A stretch of DNA of 62,000 nt, counting the filler, from Sphacelaria rigidula (lineage: Eukaryota): the NCBI GenBank assembly GCA_964200075.2. It is 3 parts of 3 records of this genome, joined end to end, with 100 filler letters (N's around TTAATTAATTAA, not from the genome) between each part and the next. Parts side by side here need not be neighbours in the genome. Positions count along the whole stretch, not along the records: positions 1 to 20,608 come from CAXNAA020000510.1; 2 more parts are not named here. One strand, written 5' to 3'. The notes under the pieces were generated by a model. The model was not told where the DNA came from. It was given only the letters and a program-made list of their open reading frames with translations, and made no database searches. Position 1 is the stretch's first letter; every line of letters starts with the position of its first letter. The position numbers and the translations under genes are program-made. Below are positions 1 to 14,023 of this stretch, in pieces.

Positions 1-53
<53 letters not shown>

Positions 54-79
54 GGGGCGGGGGGGGGGGGGGGGGGGGT

Positions 80-122
<43 letters not shown>
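1..122. repeat. poly-G homopolymer tract, possibly inflated by sequencing or assembly
   Basis: About 120 nt of almost pure G at the window start. Confidence 0.9.
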
Positions 123-126
<4 letters not shown>

Positions 127-238
127 AAGCAAAATACTCCAACAGTTATGTGACACATTTCAATATAGGAAGTGGTTTCCGCCATTATGCAGCGAACGAA
201 ACAACAGCATCATCACCCGCCAGTATGTTTACACTCAC

Positions 239-3200
239 AATTGCTTGAGGCTGCTCAACCCGGTGAAAATTCCTTCGGGCAAAGTAGCGATGTCGTTTCT
301 GCCCATGTCCCTGTGAAAGAAAGGCGAGAGTGCGCGTGGACACGAAATGCAGGCGTGGTGACCCGCGGGCACCCAACCATACAAGGCATTCCGGAGGGGG
401 GTGGAGCAAGACTGCTGAAGGGATCACTATGCGCGTCTCTATATGATCATGAAACATGCTTTCTTGTCTCTGTGGCTCCATGAACTCGTCTTAGATGCAT
501 TGGGCATCTTGGCGTCAGAAGAAACCGCAAGCTCATCAACCCGGGGGATAATGGGCATACATGTAATCATGCCAGGCTGTTCTGGGCATATTCAAACAGG
601 TGAGATCGGTATTGTTACCACAAGGTTCGACGCGCACAGTCTGCCCTGACATGCATTCTTTGCTTACAGCGCTGGATACCAAGCATGGGCGATTGTTCAC
701 GGTACTCACAAATACACCAGATGATGGAGACCAGCGAAGACATCCTCTGGCAACCCCGTAATCTTATTGTTGTCCACATATCTGCGAAACCCACGAGCGT
801 ACGTGCATGGGTAGGGAAGAGTGAATCTTAGGCACCAATTTAATCAATTGTGCGTTTTCCCGTTGTTGTCACATTTACAATTTCCCCCCTTCCCCGAGAC
901 GGATCCGTTGTCTCCAGGGATCAACCCATCTCCCCCCGGGTATACCCTTGCTCCGTCTCGAAAGGGATACGTGGTCAACGGTCAAAAGACAGATGCAAGC
1001 AACGAATGAGTACGCACCCGAGCATACGCCTTACATTTGGTATTGCGGACCGGGTCGGCGCTCCCGCACCAGGTCGACTCTCGTTAAAGAACGTTCGGTG
1101 CTAGCTACGGTCTTCTGTTTTCCACGACAGAACTCAGATGCTCTCTCAGGAACAAACCCAGACGCATCTGCCACCGCGATTCGAACCCATGCTNNNNNNN
1201 NNNGATTGGTTTCAGTTGATCCACGTGGACTACCGCGGCGCGACGGCATCGGAAGCAATCGTCAACAGGGCGACGCCAGAAGCGATCGTGATTCAGCGAA
1301 GTCTCGCACAAGGAGCACCGGTACACGCACGATACCTAGATGCCACGCAGAACGATTCGGCCGAATTCTCCTTTCCGCACCAAAACGTTTTTCTGGCACT
1401 TACAGCTCTTTTAGATTCACCAAACCGGAGAACAAGCCTTCCGGCAACGCCGTCATCTGATTTCCGGACATTCTCCTGTTGATTCGGCAGAGTACGGCAC
1501 GGACAGCAAGGAATGCCACAGGCGAGCAACAGAGAAGTGAGATATTGTTGACGGCGTGCGTCCATCAAGCAATCTCGACCCTGACTCAATGCTCAAGGGA
1601 CGAGATAGTACCATTAGTAATACTGTGATACATTTACACCGTCGGAACATGCCTTGCACTTGGTGTGGCGGGTTGAATCAGCACCCCCGCACCGTGTCGA
1701 CCCCCGTCAAATGACCTCTTTTTGTTCCTCGCGTTCTCGTGTTTTTAGCGACGGAGATTCGATACCAAGTAGAATAGCCCAAACGTATTCGCCACGAATC
1801 GACCCCGTTTTTTTCTGATCTCATGCCGTCAGCTGTACCTATATACCACCAGGGCACAACGCCTACAACAGTTCAGTTTAGATTCCATGTCGTCTCGAAC
1901 AGAACGCGGGTTCGCTGGAATCACTGTCGTGGAACTCACAAGACTCGTAGCTTGCGTAGGCCAGAGAACAGACCCTCGGGCAGCTTTGATATCTGACGAC
2001 CGCGGATTGTTCTGTCAATTCAGGGCAACATCGGCGCAAGGACAGCAACGGGATAGTGTCAAAGAGCACGTACTGTAGTGATTCGATACAATGTTGCAAA
2101 GCAGTAGCCGTCGGAAACGATGGCATCGAACTCGATCAAGGTAAGTCGAAGGTGTAAGCACTTGAAAGGTCTAGTCGTGCGTTATACTCTCAGCTTCCAG
2201 GACGGTTTGTATCGCACTTACAATCTGGCCAGACCCCTCAACTCCGCGAGCAGGTCCTTTGGCAACGATTCCACCTTGTCATCTTCCAGTGTGCTGTCAA
2301 CGCCACAGACGAACAGCGTTGCGCCTGAATTAGTGTCACATTATTTACTACTCCAACAATACACGGTGAAAACGGCACACTCGATGGCGCATGTCTCCAA
2401 TATCATGTTACCCTGGGACTAAATAAAGACCATCTTCACAGACACCTCCACGAGGTCCTGCTCAATTCTTCCCATCAAAGCGTAAAAACTGACGGTGGAC
2501 ATTTCCCGAATGCTGCAACAACGTACATACTTCTTGTTCAAACACCATGGTCGCTTTCCATTTTGGTATCTGATACACGATCGCATAGACCTCACGATGC
2601 TCCGCCCTAACGCAGACTCCCATCAAAAACAAATTCTGAGCCCCAGACAGAAAGTGTGATTTTGAAATGGTCACGGTTCATTTTCACGAACACTTCTCCA
2701 TTTGCGGCAGCGGTGCATCACGTCAGGATCACGTTCACCTGTAGATGTGCGTCTTGGTTTCTCATAGCAAGCACGTTCGTCTCGCCAGTTACTGTGTGGA
2801 CAAAAAAATCGACAACTATGTAGCGGGTGTTCTAGCAAGGACCATGCGAGCGGAACGCTCACTTCAAGTAAAATAATAAGCACCACGAGATTCGCTGCAC
2901 AAGGCCTCTTGCGGCCGAATCCAAGCTCTCTGGGTCTCCTTTCACACCCGCGGTGTACGGATTTCTGCTGAACTTTGCACGTAATACAACTATCCTGCCG
3001 TTTGTGTGACTATTTCAGATTGACGTTCTGTCAGGCAGCTTTCCCTTCGTGCTTGAAAATCAGCACAACACAGCACCGCACAACACAGCACGGCACTGTA
3101 CAACCAGTGTTGGATTGCGGGCGGCGTACTAGCCAAGTCGAGTACCTGGTACGCCTTTACATTACGGTATTTTGTAAATTTGTCTAGTTTCGGTAGTGTC

Positions 3201-5871
3201 ATGTTGCTACACTTGCGGCATGGGTCCAATTCCGCCGGCCCCTTCGCGATCGAGTGCTCATGATCGGTATGTCACGGGCATATCTGTCTTGCTTCAAGAG
3301 ACCTCATGACCTAGACGTTTGTGTCAACAGCACAGCAATTCGCTGCCACCGTTTGAATGATCGGATGACATCGGGTGCAACCTAGGCGGGATCGTACAGA
3401 CACAGCGAGGGGAGGGAGGGAGGGGGACGAATCCAACGCACGACAGACACGATGATATCCAAGAGTAAACCTACCCTGGACCTTGGTACAACCCTACCGG
3501 TGATGCAGCTGTGGTTTCGTTCAAATTGCGGAAGGGTATGCAAGATCGTTGCCTGCTGTAGATAAGGGTGGTTACCTGCACAGAGACGAATCCAGTGATC
3601 GAACGAAATTCGAGGGAAAAGGCATCCCGTCGTCCACCACGGGTAGCATGCGCGGCTTTTTCAAACTACGGATAAAACACTTTGTAGGGGCGTCAACACG
3701 TCTCAACCAGAAGTTGTACTGCGAGCGGTCGGCACGGATGTGTTTCATACTCTGGATGTAAGAAAATATGTGCAAAAGTCAACCCGTGCCGTTTTGGAGT
3801 TGTGCAGATACAGATGCCTCAAAGCCGTTCACTCACAGAGACAGGACAGCCTTCAGACCCGAGAAGAGCCCTGCAGTGAGCGAGTCCACGCCCCCAGAGA
3901 TTTCTCTGTTCGCAGCACAAAGAACCGAGTGCGTTCGCGGCGATGTTCAGATGAAACGCACATGTGCATGCAAGTTCAATTGCAACGATAACTCGAGCAG
4001 ACGAGCTAAAGGTTACAGACAGGAATAGTCTTCAGGTTTTGATAGGTTTCGCGCGTCTGCGAAACATGGCGGAAGACAGGTGTGGACACGTTCCATCGCA
4101 GACAATCCGGCAGTCAGATGGATACGCAAAAAAATACTCCACCAAAATGGACTGCGATGTGCAACTGGGGGAGAGTCATGCAACACCTGCGTAGGCAATT
4201 TCAATGAGTAATGCAGACGCGTCAGACACGTGGTACCACAAGCGTGCAAGGTCGCGCGAATGGGACGCCGTGCACAGATTTTCTCCCCGAAACGCTGCGA
4301 ACATTGAAGACACTCTCATTGAAGACACTCTCACCCGGGCAGGCCTTTATGAACAATAGTGTGGAACTGCATCTGCAAAAAACCTACGACAGGCTCCCCT
4401 CATCATCGCAAAATTACGCAAGGAGCAAGGGAACGCAGGTATTCCCGGTGGATACTTACATAGATTCCAGATTTTTCAGAGGTGCCAATGCACCCTCTTG
4501 GAGAAAATGTAGATCATGCTGTTCAATGGATCTGTCCGACAACCGAGAGCATCGTGGAAACAAGAGGAAGAATATTTGGACAGACGCAAGGAGAATCGAC
4601 GGGTGCATTCCACACGATGAGCGTGGAAGTTCGCGTGCACTAGAACAATAGCCAACTTGTGCCTGCCATGACTATGGCAATTTCACAACGACCTAGATCT
4701 ACAGGGAGACAACGCGATCGACCTCAGCCTATATGCGATTGTATCCACACGAAGTCGGCGAACATATAATTCGTCTTTACATACATGGTTTGTACTTGGT
4801 CGCGTCGAGCGAAGTCAAAACACGCCTTCATGTCGTCGACGTCCTTGCTCCTCCCACACCAATCGCACCAACTGTGTGCCAGCGCAGCGAGCGAATCCAC
4901 AAGATGTTAGGGGGGGCACAACGCGTCGTCGACAGATAAGCCACACGATACCAGTCCCCTTGAAAACCGTTGCGAAACATGCACGGCTTTCACGCGGTGC
5001 AGTTGAAACGACCCTGTGCTGCCCGCGATGAACGAAGAGACAGACCCTTCGGTGAAATAGTGCAGACTACGAAGTACGTACTAGCCAGCGCTGGGAACCG
5101 ATCTGCTCACGAAATAAACCACTCGCAAATTCGCCGGCTGTTCGTAAGAGTACGCGAATACGCGCAAGCTCCTGGACAGGACTTTGGTGTGTGCAATACG
5201 ATTGCACTAAAACGGTATCCATACGCTGCCGTATCTACCATCACATAATATGAATGTAATCACGAGGTTACCCTGTCTTCATGACAACGTCGCTGTAAGA
5301 GCATGATATCTCACCAGTTTATACCGTGGACCATAACTGGCTTTGTTGAGCCTTGAACGACGGCCAGCTTCCCATCTGTACTAAGTTTGCAACCAAAATG
5401 TAGACCATGGCATGGCTCCCCACCTGGGGATAGAAAAACGTGCACAGTGGCGGGGTTGATCAAGGGTGCCCGCGAGCGGCCAGAGTTCCGGATCACAAGT
5501 AGCCGGACATGCCAAAATCACAACTGCGTCAAAATATTTTTCCTGTGGTTTTGCATGCAATGATGCGTCGCAACCGATGCCTGCGTAAGAAACATACACT
5601 TGAGGGCGACAGGAATGACTACCTGATCTGAACACGATCTCGAGGAGGTTAAGTGAACCCAACATGTCGAGAAAAGTGGAGGATGCGTCACTCAGTGAGC
5701 TTCTAGAAGAATCAACAAGCCAGTTTACTCATGTTGAACTCAAGAAGAATATAGCTTCGGATCAAACCCAGGAATATCCCGGGCCGACTTACCATAGGTG
5801 CATCGGATGAAGCCCAGAACGATGGTGAGGAGCACCAGGCGCGCCGAAGTAAATACGCTCCACTGCACCAT
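239..5871 (-). CDS. Secreted or extracellular leucine-rich-repeat protein (multi-exon, 3' end beyond window)
   Basis: Minus-strand exons with AG/GT boundaries and consistent phases: 5871-5793 (MVQWSVFTSARLVLLTIVLGFIRCTY, signal-peptide-like), 5423-5315 (GEPCHGLHFGCKLS..HGIN, Cys cap), 4871-4785 (WCDWCGRSKDVDDMKACFDFARRDQVQT). Then four 72-nt phase-2/2 exons: 4531-4460 (SIEQHDLHFLQEGALAPLKNLES), 2293-2222 (TLEDDKVESLPKDLLAELRGLAR), 781-710 (YVDNNKITGLPEDVFAGLHHLVY), 310-239 (DMGRNDIATLPEGIFTGLSSLKQ). These match the LxxNxLxxLPxxxFxGLxxLxxL typical-LRR consensus. Additional exons may have been missed. Confidence 0.85.
860..950 (-). mobile_element. 3' part of SINE family B (see 53626-53951)
   Basis: ccccttccccgagacggatccgttgtctccagggatcaacccatctccccccggg is the reverse complement of the body/3' motif at 51505-51570 and 53850-53910. 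Confidence 0.6.
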
Positions 5872-8280
5872 GGCAGCGGTGACCTATATCATGGAGCAAC
5901 GAGAGTTTTTCTCGTTTGTTATCGGGCAAGTGATGTATCGCACTTTCGATGTGCCCACAGCTACACTGCGCAAAATGACAAAATGCGTGCTACTCGCGTG
6001 GCAAACGTGTTCCAAGGCAGTCGAGCTGTGGATCCGCCGTGAAGATGTTGGGCAGTATACGGGCAGCGTACCCCATGCACAATACGTACCCGCAGCGGCG
6101 TGGTAATCGTGAGTTCGTGTGTCGTGGGCGACAATAACCGGTAGCCCAGAAATAGTACAACGAGGAAGTGTTGTACTCAAGCATCACTTTCAGCGGTAGC
6201 ACGTTGAGGACGAGTACATGCTACCATCTGCTACGGTAAGGAATGGAAAATCGGCGACATGAAAACACGCAGGCAGCACTAGTGCGCTGCGCTTGGGATT
6301 CACATACAACAAAAGTACTGTGGAGTTGTGCACACCCCACGTGTACGAACTGTAAACTCTTGAAAATTCCACGAAGGTACTGCCGACTGTAGCCTTGTGC
6401 GCCTCGGCCGCTAAAAAAGCCACGGTGTACATGTGAACTACAAAACATACATGAGGACGCCGCAAATGGTTCTTTCGATCCGCCCATTCACATATCGAAA
6501 ATGTGATTTCCTGCGTTACATTTATTAACAAATACATCCATGCTCGCTCGCATTCCGGGGGGACTGTCACGTACCAACAGCGTAGCTGTGCCTGATATAG
6601 TTTATACACCCTGTCTGCAGTTTAGGGGTCGCCATTCGCAGAGTCAATTGTGTTGTTGCTGTACAGTTATCATGGGTATCATGTACGGCTTGCTGCCAGG
6701 ACAACAGTACAGATACCGTTAGGGTCATCCTGTATGGAACCCACGAATATATGAGACTTTCCTGGCATGCCTAGATACCTCTGCCCGTGGATTAGCTGCT
6801 GCTCGCGTGGCCCACCATGGGGGTGGCATACTGTAAGCTGTGAGCTGCTGGGCGCTTTTATTATGTACAGTCAATGCGCACTGTGGAGAGGGGTGCTGCA
6901 TTCAATTTTTCGATTATGTTTCCCTCTGCCGAGGCCACCGCTGCTTCTTGCCTGAGAAAAGATATTGTTTCACAGAGCAAGGGTGATCTCGTAACATATG
7001 GACTACTTGCCGCTTCATTTGCGGCTCACTGTCGAGCGCTGACCAAAAACATCTTGAGTTAGACAGCTTGGGTTAGTGTCAGAGCGCACAGCAGCAGTCA
7101 GCCCAGTGCTGTTATCCCCCTCTCTGAAGCCCATACAATTCATTGTGACTGACTGCAGCCAATTTGGCACGTACGCATATGCCAAAGAGTTTTGTGTATG
7201 AGGAATGGAGCTATTTTGACAGCCTCAAAACGGCTGCCAAAAGCTGACAGAAGGTGCTCTCCACGGGCGCAAAGAAAGCCTATGCTGCAGTTGTTTCAAA
7301 CATCTCCGGGAATGATACATAGGGAACAGTATAGAAGGGAAAACAATGTTTTCGTGAGATTAGGAGAAGAGCGTTGATGGAGAGTTGATGTTTTCATCCG
7401 CTTTAACTTGAAAATTTCTCATTCTGTGTGTTTTCCTTTACCTGTACCACTGACGTGTGCTTACAGCTACACGTCGGTATCCTACCCAGGGATACCAACG
7501 GCTTCAGTGGCAAGCTGCTACAGAAAGCATATCGGGCCTCGTGGAGGGGCACTTCGAGACTGAAGCGATTTATTGCTTGATTGACCGCCTCTTACTCTCA
7601 ATCGTACCCTCCACTCTAAATGTCACGAAAATATTGTTGGAACTTAAGTGGACTTTCCGTCTTTCTGAATCGAATTTCGTTGCTGGAAACGTTTGGTAAA
7701 GGTGAAAACGGAACGCTTGATCCCAGAAAAATTTCATGTCCTCGACGATTTTTCTTCGAGGCTTGAAGAACTGTGGCACTATTTTCTTGACAGGGGGTGG
7801 GTGCCCGCTTGCAGAATAGTCGGAAAGCTCACGAAGTCAACCACTCGTGCTTCGAAGATTCCCTTGGAAATTTCGAAGGCAAGAGCAAGGCTCGACAGGA
7901 GAGGACTTGCCGTTTTGAGAGTTGTAATCGGTCATAATGGTCACTTTGTCACCTTTCAGATGTCCTACAGATGGACTGCCTAGCAGCGTAGTCGTGTTTA
8001 GCCGTTCCGGTCATGACCATTCAACCATAGATAACATGAGGGAAACCACGTGCTTTTGACGCTGCTCGTAGTCTTGCCTCTTGCCTGAACCCTCTTGTGT
8101 TCAACAGAGATTACCAATTGGTCGGAAACGATGACTGTGACTTCGATCTAGTGTTCACACCGATTTTCGGATCTTTGAAGCGGCTGACAGTCCCATGTGC
8201 TCCTAGCTCGTCCAGGACGTGTTTTTGTCCAAAATCGGCATCGTAGGCGCCGATTTAAGGTTTGCCAACGCACACATTGC

Positions 8281-8356
8281 CTAGGACACCCTCTGCACTC
8301 CTCGTACCCGAGGGTTCTCTTGTGCCTTGGTCGGGGTTCGGGTTCGGGCTAGGGTT
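8281..8356 (-). repeat. Dispersed ~75-bp element end: telomere-like repeats + short hairpin + terminal CTAG (Helitron-3'-end-like)
   Basis: Homologous to 14612-14681 (opposite orientation) and 23971-24045. On the minus strand it reads aaccctagcccgaacccg...cctcg-ggta-cgagg...gtcctag. Confidence 0.55.
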
Positions 8357-11300
8357 ACGCTGTGCTCAGCGGAGAGCGATGGCACACTGACTGCGTCTTA
8401 CCATTGCGTCTAGCCACCGATGATGAAAAACGCTTGCATAATGTATGTACGGTGGGGTAGCAGCCGTGCAGACAGAGGGGAAAAGGAAGTACCCGTAGGA
8501 CGATGCGACATGCGTGAAAGATCAACACACGCTCAAGGCGTGCCAGCCCTGCCCCGAAAGGAGCAGGAGCACTGCGAAAGCATGGATATGAGAACAGGAC
8601 TCGTCTTGCTTGCATGTATCGCAGGAGTGGCGACTACCAGCGCGCGTCAGTTGCGAACCATAATGAGCATGTACTCACGAACACGGAACACTGCTCAGCA
8701 AAGAGATACATGCGAACTCTACATGGACTCGACTGCAGGGTCCAAACCGGAAAGGGGTTCTCCGGGACGCTTTGCTGCATGTATGTCGAACGGTCGCCCC
8801 GATGGCTCAGATGGTAACCTCGGAACCTACGAGCGGTTGGGACTTGGGTTCTCATCTTTGTGAAGTCACATGATTTGGGATTTTTTCGCACGCCATGCCC
8901 AACAATGAGACATGCTAATCGAGGCCAAAATATATAGCATTTTTTCAAAAGTGTGTAGGATCTTCCCGTTGGAAGATCGCACAAGCCAATGAGATGGGAA
9001 TGATCCACCCAGTCGATTGGCAAAGAAGCGAATGGGCCGCCCGGTCAGTTGGGAAAAGAAGCGCAGAAGGCCATTTGCACCCATGACACGCACACGTCCC
9101 TGTTGCATTGCATCGCCCGTACGGTTTGTTCGTCATTTCATTTTCACGTCAAAACTGTGACAATGCAACACAGATGACCCACGCTGGGGGTGCCCGTCTG
9201 TATAGGTCGAGACAAAGCTGATCGAAACGCACAGTACAGTACAGTACAGTACAGCAGTACAATGCTTTATATTTTAGTACGGTGTTGTCTTCTCTCTGCC
9301 GCCCGTCGCGTTCGTTTTGTTTGTCTATGGTTATTACGAAGGATCAGATTACACGAAACCATTCGACACCGTTATCCCTTCTTGCCTTCAGTTGCGAAAA
9401 AACGTCTTTGGGCTGCGGTGAGCATTCATTTTTGAAGTAAATAGTACGCCCGTACAAACGCAACTGACTCATCATGAGGTGGCTGCCGTCTGTGTAAATA
9501 GACAAAGCCCAAGTGCACCGTACAGCACAGTACAATCAGTACAGTACAGTACAATCTTCTCTGTGCCCCCCGCCGCACTCCTCCTTTCTTCTGTGGGAAT
9601 CGACGAGTATCGGATTACTCCTTTGGAGATCGTCATCTCTTCCCGCCCGCGCTTAAAGTGACGCTTGATCGCCAGCGCGGTGCCTTGTGTTCATTTTTCA
9701 AGTAAAAATCTCTGGAGACGGTCGCCTTTTGATGTAATAACCGGCTCTAAAGTTGAACTCTGCGACGTCCGATTGGGTCATCTGGGTTTTGTATGCATTT
9801 TTCAAGTGAAACGTATGCCGATACAACATATGACCGAGCCTGGGGTGCGTGGAGGGTGAGTGACACGTGTCCGTGTATTCCCGAGGTACACGCTCTAGCC
9901 GCAGCGGACGGGGGCTGCAAAGGCGGTACGGCGAACAAAGCGGTACCAATACAGTCAACACCACAGACGGAGAGGAGAGCACAGTTCGGTCACCATGATG
10001 TTGCCTGTCCCAGTACACGCCATGTTCTTTACTGGGCTTCCTTGTGCGGCTGTGTACACAAGCGGCGGCACTTTCCTCAACAGAAAATGTCTGGGTGTAT
10101 CATATTTGCACACGCGCAAGCACCTAACTAAAGTTACTCCGCGACCGATTCAGACCTGCCCCTCGATGTTTCCCCCGAGCTCCTTCTGGCTGTCATGATT
10201 TTTCACTTGCCTTTATTGGGGACGGTGCGTTGCTCAGGACACTCCATCGAGGGATAGGTTTTACCCGGATAGTTCTCCATGGATACGAGCGCGATTCGAG
10301 CGCCGATTGTCGTGCTGGGTGCTCACAACGCCAATGCATCACACTGCAGCGCCCATTTCAGGGCACGTCCCGGGGTCAGATCAGTAAGCCGGAAATTCTC
10401 TTTTTTTCAGGTTTAGCGTGTACGCCTTCAAAGCAGGAGGATAAGGCCGCGGTTATGGGTACGTGTGGACGGTCAGCAATAGGAGGTAGGGTTTGAACAG
10501 GGAGGGTGTCGCCTGCGCGCGTGATCAACCCGTCAAGAGATTTGATTTTAAAAGCACGTGTATTTGGGCGGAGCATCCCAGGACAAGAAAAGGAAAAGGG
10601 ATATTTTTCATCTGTGGTCGTTATGATTCCCTCGAACAGCCCATTCACTTGTTTCGCCCCGATTAGCATGTCTGACAGTGGAGAGCGACTGCAGGCTAAT
10701 TAGCGTGAATACCCAAAACATTATTCCCCACTGGATACAGAACGCGAAACCGATCCCATAGAAACATATATGGTATCACAGTGACCCCCACGAGCAAGGG
10801 AACAGTGTGGCATGGCCACATTTGTTTCGGGGTCCATTGCCGTGGAGCCGGTAGTGAAGATGTTTTTCGACCAATCAGGGGCTTTCAAATTACTCTGATA
10901 TAAAATTCGAACTCACGCCACAATTTGTATCCAATCTTATAACGAAACGAACCTAGTAACCGCCATCAGCTGGGTAATCTAACGCAAAATGCAGACTTGA
11001 AAACGGTTTGTGTGGGATCGAGGTATACCCCAGAACGTGGTAGTTCGGTGATGTGAGGTTTTGGCGTCGTCGGGTATCCACTGATAAGATGTATCGAAGA
11101 AAGCCTCTTGGCGTTTTTCCTTGTAACTTTCGTAGAAAAGCTTTGATCATCCTAAAACTTGACGGTTTGGTGAAACTCGTTGAAGAATATTTCAAAGTGT
11201 ATACTACGCTCTCTACCGGCTCCGGGGGTTTCGGCGTGAATGCCCCCCCAGAAGCCTGTACAGATTGCTTCATCATTAGAAATTATAGTTTGACTCGTCC

Positions 11301-13177
11301 TGAGGTAGTCGAAAAAATGTTCGTACAAAATTTCGTTGCGTAACTCGAAAACCTGATCCCAGACGGTCGATTTAAGGTCATGCGCACAAGGAAAACGTCG
11401 GCAGCACAATATAATTAAGTATGAGGGGGATTCCGCGTACATTTTTTTACAAACCGGGCCGCCCCAGAAGCTCACTTCTCCTCGACCGTGTCTAACTCAA
11501 GATGAACCGCGAGTTGTGCCTACTATGACACATCGTATTAGTCGGCAGATCAACACGCGTCATTCAATTTACATGTCACTGCGATCCGAAATTTCCCATC
11601 AAATTAAATACCAATTTGTAAGCACCTGTGAAATGTAGGGAGTTGAGATTGACATACACGGCGGAATCAGAAAATAAAACGGCTGGAATTATATTTTCGA
11701 TGACATTTGGTTGTGCCGCAGCCGCAAGTTGTGGTGCCGCACAAGTTGTGGTTGTACAACAATGCATGTCGTACGGGAGGCGCGCAGTGTCAAATATGGC
11801 ACGCAGACGAGGCCCCCAGCGCGCCAAGGCGTTTGGTAGAAGTGTGCGAACAGATGAGCAGTGGGTGGAGACCTCTCTACCAAGAGTAGAAAACAATGGA
11901 ACTTTGACGGTCTCCATGACATATATACATCCCCATACAGAAACCGGTTTTCGACAGAAAAACGCGTTTGCGCACTTCAATTTCAAGGTGTCGTCTACGG
12001 AACTCTGACACGATGTACATGAGGTATGTGCCAAGATCCTACTTTTCCGCTGTCGCGTTTTTCGTTTTCCACGTAAGTTCTCGGTGATCGAAATTTCGGA
12101 ACATTTTCTTCGGTACAAGATCGTCGATAGCTCACTAAATAATGTATTTAGGGGGGGAGAGTAGGGCCTTCGCACATACCTCATATTCATCGTGTCGAAA
12201 TGTCACACAAAATTAATTGAAGTTGAAGAGCGCAACCACGCTTCAAATCTCCTGTTCGCATCTTGGCTGGTCCATCAGAAAACGCAATTTTGCTGCTCGA
12301 CTTTGAGTCATTTTCTATGAAGTCTGACACGCCCGCCGGGCCTATGTGCAAACACTCCACAATTCGCCCTTTACTTCTTTTTTTCGTGATTTATGGGCGA
12401 CGGGACAGTTCAGAACAGTCTTTCAGAGCCAAACCGTTAACAACCGAAACAAAAATGTAGGAAGGGGAGAAGGGTGTTCGCACATACCTCATGTACGAGC
12501 TGGGCCAGCAGTAAAATCCCGCGTTCGCATTTTACACCACAACTTCTCAAGTTTCCCGAAGTAGCCCGACTCGAGTATATCGCTGTGAACTACAGACTGA
12601 CTTGGTAACGCACGGCTTCGCCGCTCGTCAAGTGGCGCAGTTTAGGCGATGATGTTTCTGTACTGCCTTGAGTAGCGGTAGCGAATAATGTCAGGGTAAT
12701 TGGAAACGTTCCGTTTCACAAAACTCGGTGGGATTACGATAGACAGTTGCGCCGCATAGGCACACAAACACCCGATATGCGCAGGCAATGACACACTGAT
12801 AGTGCTGCAAGACGGCATCAAGCTCGTCGACAGCTCCATCATGGGACATGAACTCCGAGCCGATTGTCACAAATCACCGTAAGAGGGAGAATTACTACTT
12901 GAAACTGCGTTATACCCCCCCCCCCCCCCCCCCCCACCCCCCCCACACCCCCCCCACCCACCCCCCCACCCAACCACANNNNNNNNNNCCATCATGGGAC
13001 ATGAAATCCGACCCGGATGTCAAAAATCCCCCAAAGGGGGGGAAATACTCCATAAAAACTCTTGTAACCCCCCCCCCCCCCCCCCAAATGCAAGACCATC
13101 ACCACAATATCGAGACCCTTTGCAACTCAGGAGGAAGCGGAAATTATGCACGATTAGATTATGCACAAAAAACATGT

Positions 13178-13256
13178 TGTCGCGTCGGGATTCGAACTCG
13201 CGACCTGTGTAATTGGAGGCTGTTGTGTCCGTTTCACCACCTGGGCGCAGCCGTGT
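13178..13256 (-). repeat. tRNA-like Pol III head (probable SINE fragment, not a functional tRNA)
   Basis: Minus strand has a degenerate A-box (TGCGCCCAGGTGG) and a B-box (GAGTTCGAATCC). I could not fold a full cloverleaf. Confidence 0.4.
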
Positions 13257-14023
13257 CACGCAAAAAGTGCCGGCTGCGCCCAATTTCAAGTTGTTTTGGC
13301 CGAAAGCTTACAAGGATTTCCTGCACACAAGTATCTACATCATGTGAGGCGATGTCGCCATATTGCTTAATTTTCACGGAGTTGTAGCATTTTTCCTGTT
13401 TTTGCTGAAATTTTCAATCGCTGTCACTTTCTGTTTCGTTTGGTTTTTCTTGCCATCCTGCGCAACGTTGCGCGTAAGAATACCAACAACTGGGCCCGGA
13501 AACTTTCAAAATCACCGTCAGCTTGCCCAGCTCGTATATCGTGCCAACATTCCATGAAAAATGACCCAAAATTGAGCAGAAAAATCACAGTGCAATATTC
13601 CACGGTTCGGACGAATCATCACGGGTTCGAATCACCAAAATTCACGATTTCTTCGGCGTGGTTGCCCAAAAGGAAAAACAAATTGACCGCTGGTCCAAGG
13701 GGTATCCACGCAACTTTTGCGGTATTCCACGTGTCTGGGCTGCGTGTACCTGGGTTGCAGCGCTAAAAACAAAGCCTAGGGATTGATTCGTACGAGATTC
13801 AAATCAATTACACTAAAACCAAGTAATTTCCAGACGAATCGTTGATTTGTCCGACCCTTGCAATATTCCTATTCGCATCTTCGGCGACCCAGCTAGTACT
13901 TAACGCACAAACGGGTCAAAGCTCACGCCGTCTATCGACTTAGACCCTGAAACTGTTGCACGCGGGTGCTCTGAGATATGTAGGAAAGCGGCATGAATGG
14001 GGTATTCCAGTTTCTTTTATTTT

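Noticed and set aside
4952-5013. Possible extra Cys-cap exon of the LRR gene (GRFNCTA*KPCMF..)
   Set aside because: In-frame stop and weak donor; the gene model is phase-consistent without it.
5315-5423. PVMVHGINW resembles the start of GH5 cellulases
   Set aside because: Downstream exons are LRRs and no further GH5 motifs follow; splicing also turns the final W into C.
11576-12190. 204-aa minus-strand ORF
   Set aside because: Runs through short repeated and palindromic non-coding motifs; no recognisable domain or splice context.
12838-13090. Apparent ~80-bp duplication with poly-C tracts and a Pro-rich 179-aa ORF
   Set aside because: The two copies flank a 10-N gap and the second looks like a homopolymer-smeared version of the first; likely an assembly artefact.
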